A stretch of DNA of 24,446 nucleotides, taken from positions 1-24,446 of IMG/VR virus record IMGVR_UViG_3300025387_000072; one strand, written 5' to 3'. The translations under genes were made by a program, and so were the position numbers. Shown here one piece after another: positions 1 through 8,387 of this stretch. Under the pieces are notes generated by a model, which made no database searches, had not been told where the DNA came from, and saw nothing but the letters and a program-made list of their open reading frames with translations. The stretch is from a virus (taxonomy: Duplodnaviria; Caudoviricetes). Numbering within the stretch: position 1 is the first letter of the stretch; every line of letters starts with the position of its first letter.

Positions 1-111
1 CTTCGTGGGTGCTTTCAGGTGATGGCCCTCAGCGCGGGCAGACTGCCTGCCCTTTTCATTAAGTCCACCAGATGGCGATTTACCTTCTTTGCGTGTCCAA
101 GCAGCAGTCAT
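1..111 (-). CDS. Conserved small basic phage protein (DUF6321-like), partial, runs off the window start
   Basis: Not in the ORF track. Manual translation from ATG at 111 gives MTAAWTRKEGKSPSGGLNEKGRQSARAEGHHLKAPTK, preceded by AGGGG. It matches the recalled phage motif AWxRKEGKxPxGGLNxKGR; the family name is from memory. Confidence 0.75.
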   Translation of the reverse strand, partial: MTAAWTRKEGKSPSGGLNEKGRQSARAEGHHLKAPTK

Positions 112-126
112 GGTAATCCCCTATGG

Positions 127-151
127 AGAAAGGGGGAGCCGAAGCTCCCCC
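127..151 (-). terminator. C(UUCG)G hairpin, possible weak terminator
   Basis: Minus strand reads GGGGGAGC-TTCG-GCTCCCCC followed by TTTCT, just after the stop of 158..535. Confidence 0.55.
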
Positions 152-157
152 CGACTT

Positions 158-535
158 TTAGTGCTCTTCTGGCTCGTAGGACTTGTGAGCCTTTGGCTCG
201 CTGCCCTTATGAGCTGAAGAAAGCGGGTTCATGTCAGCGCCAGCGCGACCGCCCGACTTGCGGGGCTTACGGTCGGCGCGATGATGCGCGTGATGACCTT
301 CGTGATGGCCAACATGGTGCTTGTGTTTCGCCGCGCCGCCATGCTTCCGCTTTTTGGCTTCCTTAGCCACGTTTGAGTCTTTGCCTTCATAGACGTCTGA
401 AGGCGACTCGTCGTGATCCCAATGACCTTCCATTGGTGACTCGACCTTACCACCCTTCTTGTGCTCCGCACGAGGGTGCTTGTGATGTACACCAGCATGC
501 ATAACGCCGTGGTGATGTCCTTTGTGACCCTTCAT
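158..535 (-). CDS. His/Lys-rich low-complexity protein with KxGG motifs, putative virion-internal protein
   Basis: About 24 His in 125 aa. Motifs HKKGGKV, RKHGG, RKSGGRA. AAGGAG RBS; lies in the structural operon. Confidence 0.8.
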   Translation of the reverse strand: MKGHKGHHHGVMHAGVHHKHPRAEHKKGGKVESPMEGHWDHDESPSDVYEGKDSNVAKEAKKRKHGGAAKHKHHVGHHEGHHAHHRADRKPRKSGGRAGADMNPLSSAHKGSEPKAHKSYEPEEH

Positions 536-545
536 GGTTCACTCC

Positions 546-1742
546 TTAGAAGTTGCTGTACTGAGTGAGGCCAAACAAGCCAGTCGTCAACTGGACATTG
601 TACGGCGGAGGCGACTGACGAACGATCAGCTTGTTCGCACCGGTGCTGGAAGTGAAACCAGCATAAGTGCCACGAACGTCACCGGTTGTAGCGGTAGCGG
701 TCGTGCGATCAGCATTCACGTAGCTTGTAGCCGCCGTGATAAGCGTCGTCTGTTCAAGAGACGAAGCATCGTTGATCAGAATGTCACCAAAGGTGTCAGA
801 GCGGAGTGGCAACCCAAACACATCGGTCGTGTCGACCGAATATGCGTGGGTAGCATCGGCTGCATTCAACACAACTGAGTAGATGTATTTGAATGCCTTC
901 TTGCCCGATACTTGGTTACCAGCAGAGATCGTGATGTTCTCTTGCATTGGGTAGCCATAAATATCAAAGCCCGAAACCGTTGCTGTAGTCGCAGTAGCAC
1001 TCGCAGCAGCAGTAACTGCCACGGCGCGGCCAACGAGAGCCATCGGGTTCCAAAGATAGATGCCCGGTGTCTGAGCGTTGTTCGGGATCGCGCATTGCTG
1101 CACATTCTGGAACGCAAGCGTTACCGTGCCAGACGTAGCAGTCAAGTTGCTGTTGGTCTGGTAAGTGCCGGTGTAACCCTGACCAACCGTCGTATATGTG
1201 CCGGTTGTCGTAAGTTGCGAGACAATCTGAACGCCAGCCGCCGTGCCTTGCGACACAGTTCCTGATGTCGTCAACACCACCATGCCGGGTGAAATTGGCA
1301 TGCCAGAGTTGGCTGTGATTGTCATCACACCGTTGCTGAACGAGGCCGTCACCGATGCATAAGCATCGAGAGCAAGCACGTTCGTTTGGACCACAGTGTC
1401 GGAACGAACGAAGTTCGTGTTGTTATAATACACGCCCGTCGTCGCCGAGTTCGTCGTGACAAGTGTCAACGTCGCACTGGTTGCGTTTGCAGAAGCGACA
1501 ATCGCGCCCGTCGCCTTGGAATAAGGAACAATGCTAAGGGTGTTAACATTGTCAAAACCAAGCCACCCAAAATCCTGTTGGGCCTGAGCCTCACCAGGGT
1601 TGTAGGTGAACGGGATGCGAGTGTCGAGGAAACCCGCCCCTGAAGCAAACAGGGACGAGCCACCAATGTCGGGATTGTAATCAAGACCAACGGAGCTCTG
1701 CCCGAAAGTAATGATTGGACCTGAGAAAGCGTCAATCGCCAT
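546..1742 (-). CDS. Virion structural protein (Thr/Ser/Gly/Ala-rich, beta-rich)
   Basis: 398-aa ORF directly downstream of MCP with an AAGGAGG RBS; composition typical of decoration or tail-associated proteins. Confidence 0.7.
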   Translation of the reverse strand: MAIDAFSGPIITFGQSSVGLDYNPDIGGSSLFASGAGFLDTRIPFTYNPGEAQAQQDFGWLGFDNVNTLSIVPYSKATGAIVASANATSATLTLVTTNSATTGVYYNNTNFVRSDTVVQTNVLALDAYASVTASFSNGVMTITANSGMPISPGMVVLTTSGTVSQGTAAGVQIVSQLTTTGTYTTVGQGYTGTYQTNSNLTATSGTVTLAFQNVQQCAIPNNAQTPGIYLWNPMALVGRAVAVTAAASATATTATVSGFDIYGYPMQENITISAGNQVSGKKAFKYIYSVVLNAADATHAYSVDTTDVFGLPLRSDTFGDILINDASSLEQTTLITAATSYVNADRTTATATTGDVRGTYAGFTSSTGANKLIVRQSPPPYNVQLTTGLFGLTQYSNF

Positions 1743-1754
1743 GGTTATTCCTCC

Positions 1755-2669
1755 TTACGAGGTTGGGAACGAACCGTAGATCGCCCGCCAGTTGTAATAG
1801 CCGAACGAGTAACGCTCATAGCCCTTGACGAGAAGGTTATCAGTCACGAAGTCGACTTGCATGTCGGTTTCAAACTTCACGCGCTCCATGTAGGCAAGGC
1901 CGTCGATGTTCGTGAGCAAGAACCAAGCATAAGACGAGGTCAAGAAGTCGTTGACCATGTAGCCTTCAGGCAACCCACCGGCAGTGGTCATGATCGCGTT
2001 AACATCATTATCTGCTGTGCCTGGGCGGAGTTCCGTCTTCAAAAGACGAATAGCAACCGGCTCAAGAGCAGGTGGGATAATGAGCTTGCGACCGCGAGCA
2101 AACACCTTCAGGCCAGCCTGATCGCGGAAGTTCGTGCGGATTGCGATCATCGCATTCAGCAACGAGGCTTCGTTGAGGTCAATCTGGGTTGTTGGCGTGT
2201 TTGCAACCGAACCACCGTCAATCGGATGCGAGGTGGAGCAGAGAGCAACACCGTCACCGCCGACTGCAGCATTGTAGGTCTGCGCCGTGTTCAGGATGTT
2301 CGCGCCATAGATTTCCTTGGTCTGCTGGAATGATTCCACCAAGCCGAGGTTGGAAGGCGTGAACTGGGTCTTGTAGAGGTTGTCGTCGATTGCCTTGCGG
2401 GTAATCGCGTAACCGAGAGCGATTTCAGTGTGCTCTTGGTTGTACACGAAACGCTCACCAGCGCCCGAATCAAAGGAGGTCTGGCCACCTTCGGTCTTGA
2501 GCTGGGCGAGGCCGAGGTAACGCATTTCAGCGGTACGCTCAAGAGCCATCTTTGAGTCGTGCTTCGTGAAGATTTTGTCGTACTGAGACGGAATCTGCTC
2601 GTACTTGCCTTCAACACCACGGAGTCCGGGGAGGAGAAGGTCTTTGATCTGTGAGAGATTAACAGCCAT
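1755..2669 (-). CDS. Major capsid protein (HK97 fold, Mu gpT-like family)
   Basis: 304 aa with recognisable motifs LLLPGL, EIALGYAITRKAIDDNLY, GGDGVALCSTSHP, KLIIPPAL, AWFLLT and ERYSFGYYNWRAIYGS. AAGGA RBS; expected position after scaffold. Confidence 0.92.
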   Translation of the reverse strand: MAVNLSQIKDLLLPGLRGVEGKYEQIPSQYDKIFTKHDSKMALERTAEMRYLGLAQLKTEGGQTSFDSGAGERFVYNQEHTEIALGYAITRKAIDDNLYKTQFTPSNLGLVESFQQTKEIYGANILNTAQTYNAAVGGDGVALCSTSHPIDGGSVANTPTTQIDLNEASLLNAMIAIRTNFRDQAGLKVFARGRKLIIPPALEPVAIRLLKTELRPGTADNDVNAIMTTAGGLPEGYMVNDFLTSSYAWFLLTNIDGLAYMERVKFETDMQVDFVTDNLLVKGYERYSFGYYNWRAIYGSFPTS

Positions 2670-2684
2670 TGTTCCTTACTCCTC

Positions 2685-3341
2685 TTACGAGATGCCGGTC
2701 GGGCCAGCACCGTTCGTGCGCCAGACTTCGTTGTTGAAGCCGACAACAAGATTGCAGTACTGCGTTGTGGGATCGCCGCCGTTGCCGAACGAAACGGCGT
2801 AGTCGACGATAATGAAGGGGTCTGTGACAGTCGTGTTGACAGCATTGACATAAGCCGTCGAGCGGCCTGTGGCATTGTTGCCGCCGTTGGAGTTACCCGA
2901 GGTAGCGCCAGTGGTGGAGTAGGCGAACGTAGCATACTGGCCTTGGACGCCAGAGGTCTGCGACGATGCCGTACCAGTGACAGGGAAGGCGGAACCAGAA
3001 GACTGCACGATGAAACGAGCATTCGGATCATCAATGACGTATGCCGTCACGTCGCCGGTTGCATCGGAGCCGGGCCAGTAGCTGGACCAGACAACGCGCT
3101 TCTGAGACGTGGACAGATATTTACAGCCAACAAAGATACCGGCGAGGACGGTCGAGCCGCCAGCCGTAGCTTGGGTGATATAACCGGTTGCGGAGCCGGT
3201 AACAGGCGATACAGGGTCGCCAGTGAAGATTGGCGTCGTGTTGCCAGACGCAATCAAGCGGGGGGATTGTGCGAACGTCGGAGCGCCGCCTGCACCGCCC
3301 TGAAACTGCAAGAAACCGCTGGGCGCAAACGTATTGGCCAT
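2685..3341 (-). CDS. Capsid-associated (cement/decoration-type) protein
   Basis: N-terminus MANTFAPSGF, then IFTGDPV, GIFVGCKY and VIDDPNARF, a pattern I associate with the gene just upstream of MCP in this phage type. AAAGGAG RBS. Confidence 0.7.
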   Translation of the reverse strand: MANTFAPSGFLQFQGGAGGAPTFAQSPRLIASGNTTPIFTGDPVSPVTGSATGYITQATAGGSTVLAGIFVGCKYLSTSQKRVVWSSYWPGSDATGDVTAYVIDDPNARFIVQSSGSAFPVTGTASSQTSGVQGQYATFAYSTTGATSGNSNGGNNATGRSTAYVNAVNTTVTDPFIIVDYAVSFGNGGDPTTQYCNLVVGFNNEVWRTNGAGPTGIS

Positions 3342-3372
3342 GACGGGATTCTCCTTTCAGAGAGTTCCATCA

Positions 3373-3431
3373 TCGCACACCGGGGCGACTAAGAAACGGG
3401 AATTGTTAAAATCTCCCACGCCGGGGGGAGA
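3373..3431 (-). promoter_or_regulatory. Two hairpins with near-identical loops in the leader of the capsid genes
   Basis: TCTCCC-CCCGGCGT-GGGAGA (3412-3431) and TCGC-CCCGGTGT-GCGA (3373-3388). Confidence 0.45.
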
Positions 3432-3460
3432 ACGAGAATCGCACTATTGCATAGTTTGAT

Positions 3461-3492
3461 AGAAAAGAAAAGGGGGCCGAAGCCCCCTTTTC
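3461..3492 (-). terminator. Rho-independent terminator with UUCG loop
   Basis: AAAAGGGGGC-TTCG-GCCCCCTTTTCTTTTCT downstream of 3510..4013. Confidence 0.8.
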
Positions 3493-3509
3493 CCGTCCTA
3501 GCAGACGAC

Positions 3510-4013
3510 TTACTGTTCAGGAACAAAGAAATTGTGGTCCTTGGACACTTTTGGCCGCACTTGGGCGTCCTCGCGGCTGATAATACCGCCACGGCCCTTC
3601 GGATCAAGCTGGCCTTCTTTGGTCCGCACCTGATTCCGCGCGTTCTGGAGGTCTTTGGCCTGCCGTTCTTGTGTGATTACCAGTGGGCGCTCGCAAAGGA
3701 GCTCGCCTTCGCGCTCGATCGCCCCGACATAACCCTTCGGCATCATCTCGGGATGGCGCTTCACGTCGACCGGCTCCCAACCACCCATGGAAATGCGGTT
3801 ATAGTGGGCTGGGTCTTCCCAACCGTTCACCGACTTCATTTTCCACTCATACGACCAACCGGGTGGCGGGGTAGGGGTGGCAAATTTGTCAACGCCTTCG
3901 TCGAGGTTGGCATTATTGTGGTTCCGCAGCTCGGCAATACGCTTTGCAAGGCGGTCGTCTTCTACTTCTGGGCGCATTTCGGGGCGCAAACCCATACGAT
4001 CTGTCGTCTTCAT
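3510..4013 (-). CDS. Conserved phage head-module protein
   Basis: Motifs PPPGWSYEWK, GWEPV and IEREGELLCERP; lies between scaffold and capsid genes. ATG at 4013 with AAGGA RBS (the track uses TTG at 4019). Confidence 0.75.
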   Translation of the reverse strand: MKTTDRMGLRPEMRPEVEDDRLAKRIAELRNHNNANLDEGVDKFATPTPPPGWSYEWKMKSVNGWEDPAHYNRISMGGWEPVDVKRHPEMMPKGYVGAIEREGELLCERPLVITQERQAKDLQNARNQVRTKEGQLDPKGRGGIISREDAQVRPKVSKDHNFFVPEQ

Positions 4014-4029
4014 GTTCAATTTTCCTTAA

Positions 4030-4908
4030 TTAACCGGCCAATTTGCCTTCTTTGATCAACGCCATTTTGTTTGCGGCGTATTCTTTTGGCGTCAGGCCCA
4101 TATCGCGAGCCGCTTCTTGCTCGGCGCGTGACAGGGTGACGACGTTTGACCGACCGCCAGTGCCTGTGCCCGAACGAGACACCGGTGCTGCGGGCGGGGC
4201 AGCGGCGCGACGGCCCGCTGTCGACGAGGATGCTTCAGACAATGCTGACTCCTGCTGCTGTGATTCAGCGCGAGGGCTGATCCGAAGACGATCTTCAACG
4301 TATTTGAAGTATTCTGGGGTGTCCGCCACAAGGCCATCGTCCAAAGCGTCCTCATGGGCGCGGCCCATGCGGCGTGTAAGGACAGGATCGCGAGCATATT
4401 CAGGGTGAGCCCTGACCCATGCAGCCGATTGTGGCGTCAAACGGGCCGCCAGAGCCTCAACAGGATCAGAAGGCTGCGTTTTGACAGTCGCCTCATACTG
4501 TTGTTTGCCCGCAATCAGCTTCTCGTGATCCATCTGGGTCTTCTGGATCGACATCAGGATTTCAGCCTGAGCGTCCGCGTCCCCAGCGGCCACCGCATCG
4601 CGGAGATTCTGTCTCAAAATCTCCTGATTGCGCTTCACCGTCTCAATTGCGTTGTCGATCATCCGCATATTGCTGTCAGCGGCGTCGGTTTTGGCCGCCG
4701 TCGCTTGCTCATATGCTTCTTTAGCACGGCGTTCCGCATCTTCGCGGGCGCGGCGCTCTTCCTCAAGTTTTGCCTTGAGCTCGTTGATGCCATCTTCAAC
4801 AGAAAGTTGAGGCTTTTCCTCAATTTTAATGTCTTCCGGCGCTTCAACGATTTGGATTTCGTCCTCGTTAGGTTCCAATTCTAACTGGATTTGATCTTCA
4901 TCTGCCAT
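4030..4908 (-). CDS. Putative capsid scaffolding protein
   Basis: Acidic N-terminus, long coiled coil, C-terminal VTLSRAEQEAARDMGLTPKEYA helix-turn-helix; upstream of MCP. Start moved to ATG 4908 (AAAGGA RBS). Confidence 0.75.
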   Translation of the reverse strand: MADEDQIQLELEPNEDEIQIVEAPEDIKIEEKPQLSVEDGINELKAKLEEERRAREDAERRAKEAYEQATAAKTDAADSNMRMIDNAIETVKRNQEILRQNLRDAVAAGDADAQAEILMSIQKTQMDHEKLIAGKQQYEATVKTQPSDPVEALAARLTPQSAAWVRAHPEYARDPVLTRRMGRAHEDALDDGLVADTPEYFKYVEDRLRISPRAESQQQESALSEASSSTAGRRAAAPPAAPVSRSGTGTGGRSNVVTLSRAEQEAARDMGLTPKEYAANKMALIKEGKLAG

Positions 4909-4918
4909 GTTATATCCT

Positions 4919-5311
4919 TTACCAAACAATATCAGGTGATTTGACGCGACCGCGAACGGCTACGTCATCAAGGATGCGGCAACGCTTGCTGTTAATGTCG
5001 ATTGCCCACCCATCAGAGGGCCGGAAAACCACCCAGTCACCGACCTTGATCTTCATATTCTTGAACCATTTGCCCGTCTCGTCGACAAAAGCATCCGGCC
5101 CCATCTTCAATACCAAGCCGACTTTGCCTTGGTATTTGTCTTCGTCGATTGTCTTGTCGGTCAGAATGATGCCCGAGGCGGTTTTCTGAGGACGAATATA
5201 GACGCCGACCAAGATTTGGTTGTTGAAAATTTCAACTTCCTTGATGTCACCAATCTCGTCCAAGATTTCCTTCTTGGGGTCGACGGCATGTTTCATTTTC
5301 ATAGGAGGCAT
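4919..5311 (-). CDS. groES: GroES-like co-chaperonin (Cpn10)
   Basis: NQILV...KTASGIIL mobile loop, GLVLKMGP, IKVGDWVVF and RILDDVAVRG all match the GroES pattern. Confidence 0.88.
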   Translation of the reverse strand: MPPMKMKHAVDPKKEILDEIGDIKEVEIFNNQILVGVYIRPQKTASGIILTDKTIDEDKYQGKVGLVLKMGPDAFVDETGKWFKNMKIKVGDWVVFRPSDGWAIDINSKRCRILDDVAVRGRVKSPDIVW

Positions 5312-5508
5312 TAGCGTTTCTCCGCGTTGGTTTGAGCTACTTCCATGAGTTCCAGAGCGATACGCAGGCCGGAGATCGTTCCGATGCTGCGTTGATAGTC
5401 TGCATAGTCATGTGCCGAACCGCCTGCGAGGTTATCGCGAATGCGCTCATACTCCTGTTCAATCAATTTACGCAGTTCTGCTGCGTATTTAGACGCTGTT
5501 GTTAACAT
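5311..5508 (-). CDS. Small helical hypothetical head-module protein
   Basis: 65 aa containing DYADYQRSIGTISGL; 1-nt TAATG overlap with groES; GAGGG RBS. Confidence 0.75.
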   Translation of the reverse strand: MLTTASKYAAELRKLIEQEYERIRDNLAGGSAHDYADYQRSIGTISGLRIALELMEVAQTNAEKR

Positions 5509-5520
5509 TGTGCCCTCTTT

Positions 5521-5614
5521 AACCCCTTGAATTGATGGTCAGACCGGACGCCCCAAGGGGCTGGAAAGGCGTCCGGCCTTCCTCTCATCTGGGCGAGGGG
5601 AGAGCTCGCCCAGA
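5521..5614 (-). promoter_or_regulatory. Structured intergenic RNA: hairpin plus candidate H-type pseudoknot
   Basis: 10-bp hairpin TCTGGGCGAG/CTCGCCCAGA, then a 12-bp stem (5568-5579 with 5541-5552) whose loop AGCCCCTTG is complementary to downstream CAAGGGGTT (5521-5529). Confidence 0.55.
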
Positions 5615-5621
5615 GAAATTG

Positions 5622-7190
5622 TTACCGGCCCTTCAGACCGTAAGCCTTGATCTTCTCAAGCCGCGCTTCACCGCCGCCCGATCCCGAATCAATCGGATAA
5701 CCGGTGCGGCCACCCGACTTGCGAGGCATTGGCATGCCGCCCTGCGGAGGCATTTGCGGTGGCATTTGCGGAGGCATACCGCCACCCATTGCCGGAGAAG
5801 GCATCGGGACGCCAGCAGGGGGACGAGGAGGCATCACAGGCGCGTTTGGCATTGGCTGTTGTTGGCCGTGCCCTGCCCCAATGATGATATTCACCTGCGT
5901 CTTGCCCTTCGTGCGGCCACCCTTGGCATGCGCCGAACGACCGCCGGTTGCGCCAGGCACTTTCTTTTTGCTGTCGCCGGAGAACACGTTCCCGCCGCGA
6001 GCATAGTTGTCCATGTCTGGGCCATCATTGCGGCCTTCTGCCATTGCCTTCTGGCGCTCTGGTGCCATTTGGCCGGTGCGGCGGCTCTTCAAATATTCGC
6101 CGTGCTTCCGACCCAAATCACCCACTTCGTCCAGCATGATTTGCGAGAACGATTTGCCTGGGTTTGCGGCCTTTTTAGCGGCGATTTCTTTGGCAGTTTC
6201 CTCGCGCCGCTTCATCCAATTGGCGTGAGAATCATGGTCATCAGACATGCCGCCCATGGCCTTTTGCGACCGAAGGGCCTTCGGCTTCACCATCTTCTTG
6301 ATGAGCTTCTTGTCCTCGGCCTCGTCAGGATGGCGGCTGGCCTTGCCACCCTTCTTGTAGCCTTCTGGGTTCTGGTTCACGTAACCTTCGCCAGATTGAT
6401 AAGCAGGCTGTTTAGGAGGGTTGTTTGGGTTTTTGGCCGCCGGACGATATGGATACGGATTGTAATCCTTGTCGCCCTTGCGCGGAGGAACCGGAACCGG
6501 ACCGCCGTCATCGCGATGAACCTTGCCGCCGTGCTTCCGCATACCGGCTGCCTTGCCCATCTGCTCGGATTGTGCCGACACAGGGTTTTGGCCAACGCCG
6601 CCGCTGAATTTATGAGCACGACCGCCTGACTTTTTGCCATTAGGTTTTGGCAAACTGTTCATTAAATTGTGCCGACCGTTAACAATATGTTCAGGAACTT
6701 TTTTTCCTTCTTTTTCAAAAGAAGAAATTTTATTGCTCATTGAATTGTATGCGTCAGCAAATTCCGGGGTGGCGATAGCGCCATTCCACATGCGTTCTCC
6801 AGCTTTTACTTTGCCGCCTTCAGCGCGGCGCACCTTGCCGCCCTTTTTGAACGCGCCGACATGCTTCGTGCCTTCACGGACGTCATTTGCCATGCGGACG
6901 TCGCGGTTGATCAAGGTGTCGGGGGTCAGGCTGGTAGCGCGGCCACCGGCTTTGCGCGGCTTGCGGTCGGGCCGCTTCATGGCCTCGCCGCCTTCGCACT
7001 TGCCAACAACCTTGCCGCCCTTTTTGAATTGGCGCTTGGAAAGCGGGCGAGCGCCGGTTTTCACACCAGCGTTCTCGGCTTCAGGGGGTGTCCAAGTCGA
7101 GCTGTCGACTTTGGTGTGCGGGTCAGCCGAAGTCAGGCGCTTGGCCTTTTCCTTCATGGCATTCCGCGCTGTTTTTGCGGTCTCAGACAT
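5622..7190 (-). CDS. Basic low-complexity protein with about 13 xxGG motifs (putative internal virion protein or polyprotein)
   Basis: 522 aa, Lys/Gly/Pro-rich. Repeated FKKGG, RKAGG, RAEGG, KKSGG, RKHGG, YKKGG, YARGG, HAKGG, RKSGG. GGAG RBS. Confidence 0.8.
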   Translation of the reverse strand: MSETAKTARNAMKEKAKRLTSADPHTKVDSSTWTPPEAENAGVKTGARPLSKRQFKKGGKVVGKCEGGEAMKRPDRKPRKAGGRATSLTPDTLINRDVRMANDVREGTKHVGAFKKGGKVRRAEGGKVKAGERMWNGAIATPEFADAYNSMSNKISSFEKEGKKVPEHIVNGRHNLMNSLPKPNGKKSGGRAHKFSGGVGQNPVSAQSEQMGKAAGMRKHGGKVHRDDGGPVPVPPRKGDKDYNPYPYRPAAKNPNNPPKQPAYQSGEGYVNQNPEGYKKGGKASRHPDEAEDKKLIKKMVKPKALRSQKAMGGMSDDHDSHANWMKRREETAKEIAAKKAANPGKSFSQIMLDEVGDLGRKHGEYLKSRRTGQMAPERQKAMAEGRNDGPDMDNYARGGNVFSGDSKKKVPGATGGRSAHAKGGRTKGKTQVNIIIGAGHGQQQPMPNAPVMPPRPPAGVPMPSPAMGGGMPPQMPPQMPPQGGMPMPRKSGGRTGYPIDSGSGGGEARLEKIKAYGLKGR

Positions 7191-8145
7191 AGGTATCTCC
7201 GGAGGGTTTAGAGCGGGCGTCCCCGCTTGCCACAGGGGATGGGTTCAGGGCTGGTGGCGGAGCGCTGACCTTTGTGAGCACATGCTCGACAATTGCGGGA
7301 TTATGAAGTTTGGCTGGTGATTTTGCAACCGCGCCGCCTTGCTCGTACTTGCGCCTGACTTTCACGCGGTTGTGATCAAAGACAACATAGTTGCGCGTTT
7401 GTTGCTCATTTGAGCCACGGCTACCCGCGTCAAAATACTTGATACCGTGCAGGCCATGTTTATCCAGCAATCCTGCAGCCATCGGCAATCCGTGCTTGGC
7501 CGTTAACTTCTCGTGCAGCTTCTCGCCGGTGAACCAACCGCGATCAACCAAATCAGCAAGCTCGTTCCTAAACGTGGGATGCAGATACCGGTCGGCCACA
7601 AGATTAGACACAGCATTTTTAGCATGCTCTGACTGTCCGTTTATTGGCTTATCCCAATCCAAAAAGTGATCAGGATGCGCGTCGATGGCGACCTCGTACA
7701 TGTGGCCGGGGTCTTTTTTCCATTCAATTGTTTTGCCGCGAAAAGGCAAAATTGTTTCGGCCCATTTTTGAGCTTTTTCCGCTTCCATTCTTTTATAATA
7801 ATCTGGATGCGATAAATTAGGTTTTAACTTTTCTGAATTACGCAAATCATAATCAATAGCTTGATCTGCTGTATGACCAAGTTGATACATATGATTTGCA
7901 AGACGATAAATGTGTTCTGTTGATGGGTCTTCTTGCGTAGGCGGCGCTACACGTTTTCCATCAATATGAACAACTTCATCCGTTAAAGCATTTTTGTATC
8001 CTTGGGCCACAGGCTCATGCTCGGCAAAATACAGACCATGACCATAAGCCTGTGCGCCTTCGCCCGTGCCGATCTTGGACGTGTCAAACTGTTCAAAGTC
8101 GTGCGGTGAGCCGTGGTAGGCGGTGATGGGCGCGTCGTCTGTCAT
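7183..8145 (-). CDS. ADP-ribosyltransferase-like protein (ART-PolyVal type)
   Basis: N-terminal AYHGSPHDFEQFDTSKIGTGEGAQAYGHGLYFAE, then GHMYEV, LDWDKP and GIKYFD...NYVVFD, a pattern recalled from phage polyvalent-protein ART domains. Confidence 0.7.
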   Translation of the reverse strand: MTDDAPITAYHGSPHDFEQFDTSKIGTGEGAQAYGHGLYFAEHEPVAQGYKNALTDEVVHIDGKRVAPPTQEDPSTEHIYRLANHMYQLGHTADQAIDYDLRNSEKLKPNLSHPDYYKRMEAEKAQKWAETILPFRGKTIEWKKDPGHMYEVAIDAHPDHFLDWDKPINGQSEHAKNAVSNLVADRYLHPTFRNELADLVDRGWFTGEKLHEKLTAKHGLPMAAGLLDKHGLHGIKYFDAGSRGSNEQQTRNYVVFDHNRVKVRRKYEQGGAVAKSPAKLHNPAIVEHVLTKVSAPPPALNPSPVASGDARSKPSGDTYV

Positions 8146-8387
8146 AACTTCCCCGTGAACGTAGGTTCGCCGACTTCAGCCGTGTCGATGTGAAGGCCGG
8201 GAATATGATGCGGGCGATGCACTGCGCCGCCGCGTTTGAAATGAAACGGTTGCCCAGTATGTTGCTCAGGAAGACCTTCCATAAGCGTATGCCAGTCTGG
8301 GCGTTCGTAGCCCTCAGCGGCCATGACATGCTCTTCATTGCGCGGGAATTGGGCGTAAAAATTTTCTTTATTAAGAGTTGGTTTCAT
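8142..8387 (-). CDS. Hypothetical protein with FKRGG motif
   Basis: 81 aa; overlaps both neighbours (ATGA with the ART gene); GGAG RBS. Confidence 0.7.
   Translation of the reverse strand: MKPTLNKENFYAQFPRNEEHVMAAEGYERPDWHTLMEGLPEQHTGQPFHFKRGGAVHRPHHIPGLHIDTAEVGEPTFTGKL

Noticed and set aside
5588-5614. Second pseudoknot from loop CTCTC pairing with downstream GAGAG
   Set aside because: A 1-nt linker cannot span a 10-bp stem; treated as a simple hairpin.
5735-5775. Short tandem repeat encoding MPPQMPPQMPPQ
   Set aside because: Ordinary low-complexity coding repeat; not CRISPR or a DGR repeat.
5622-7190. Resemblance of RKAGG/HKKGG to the ribosomal protein L27 N-terminus (AHKKAGG)
   Set aside because: Too short and compositionally biased to support mimicry.
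5532-7320. Plus-strand ORFs of 365 and 228 aa
   Set aside because: Antisense to the 522-aa gene; composition mirrors its codons.
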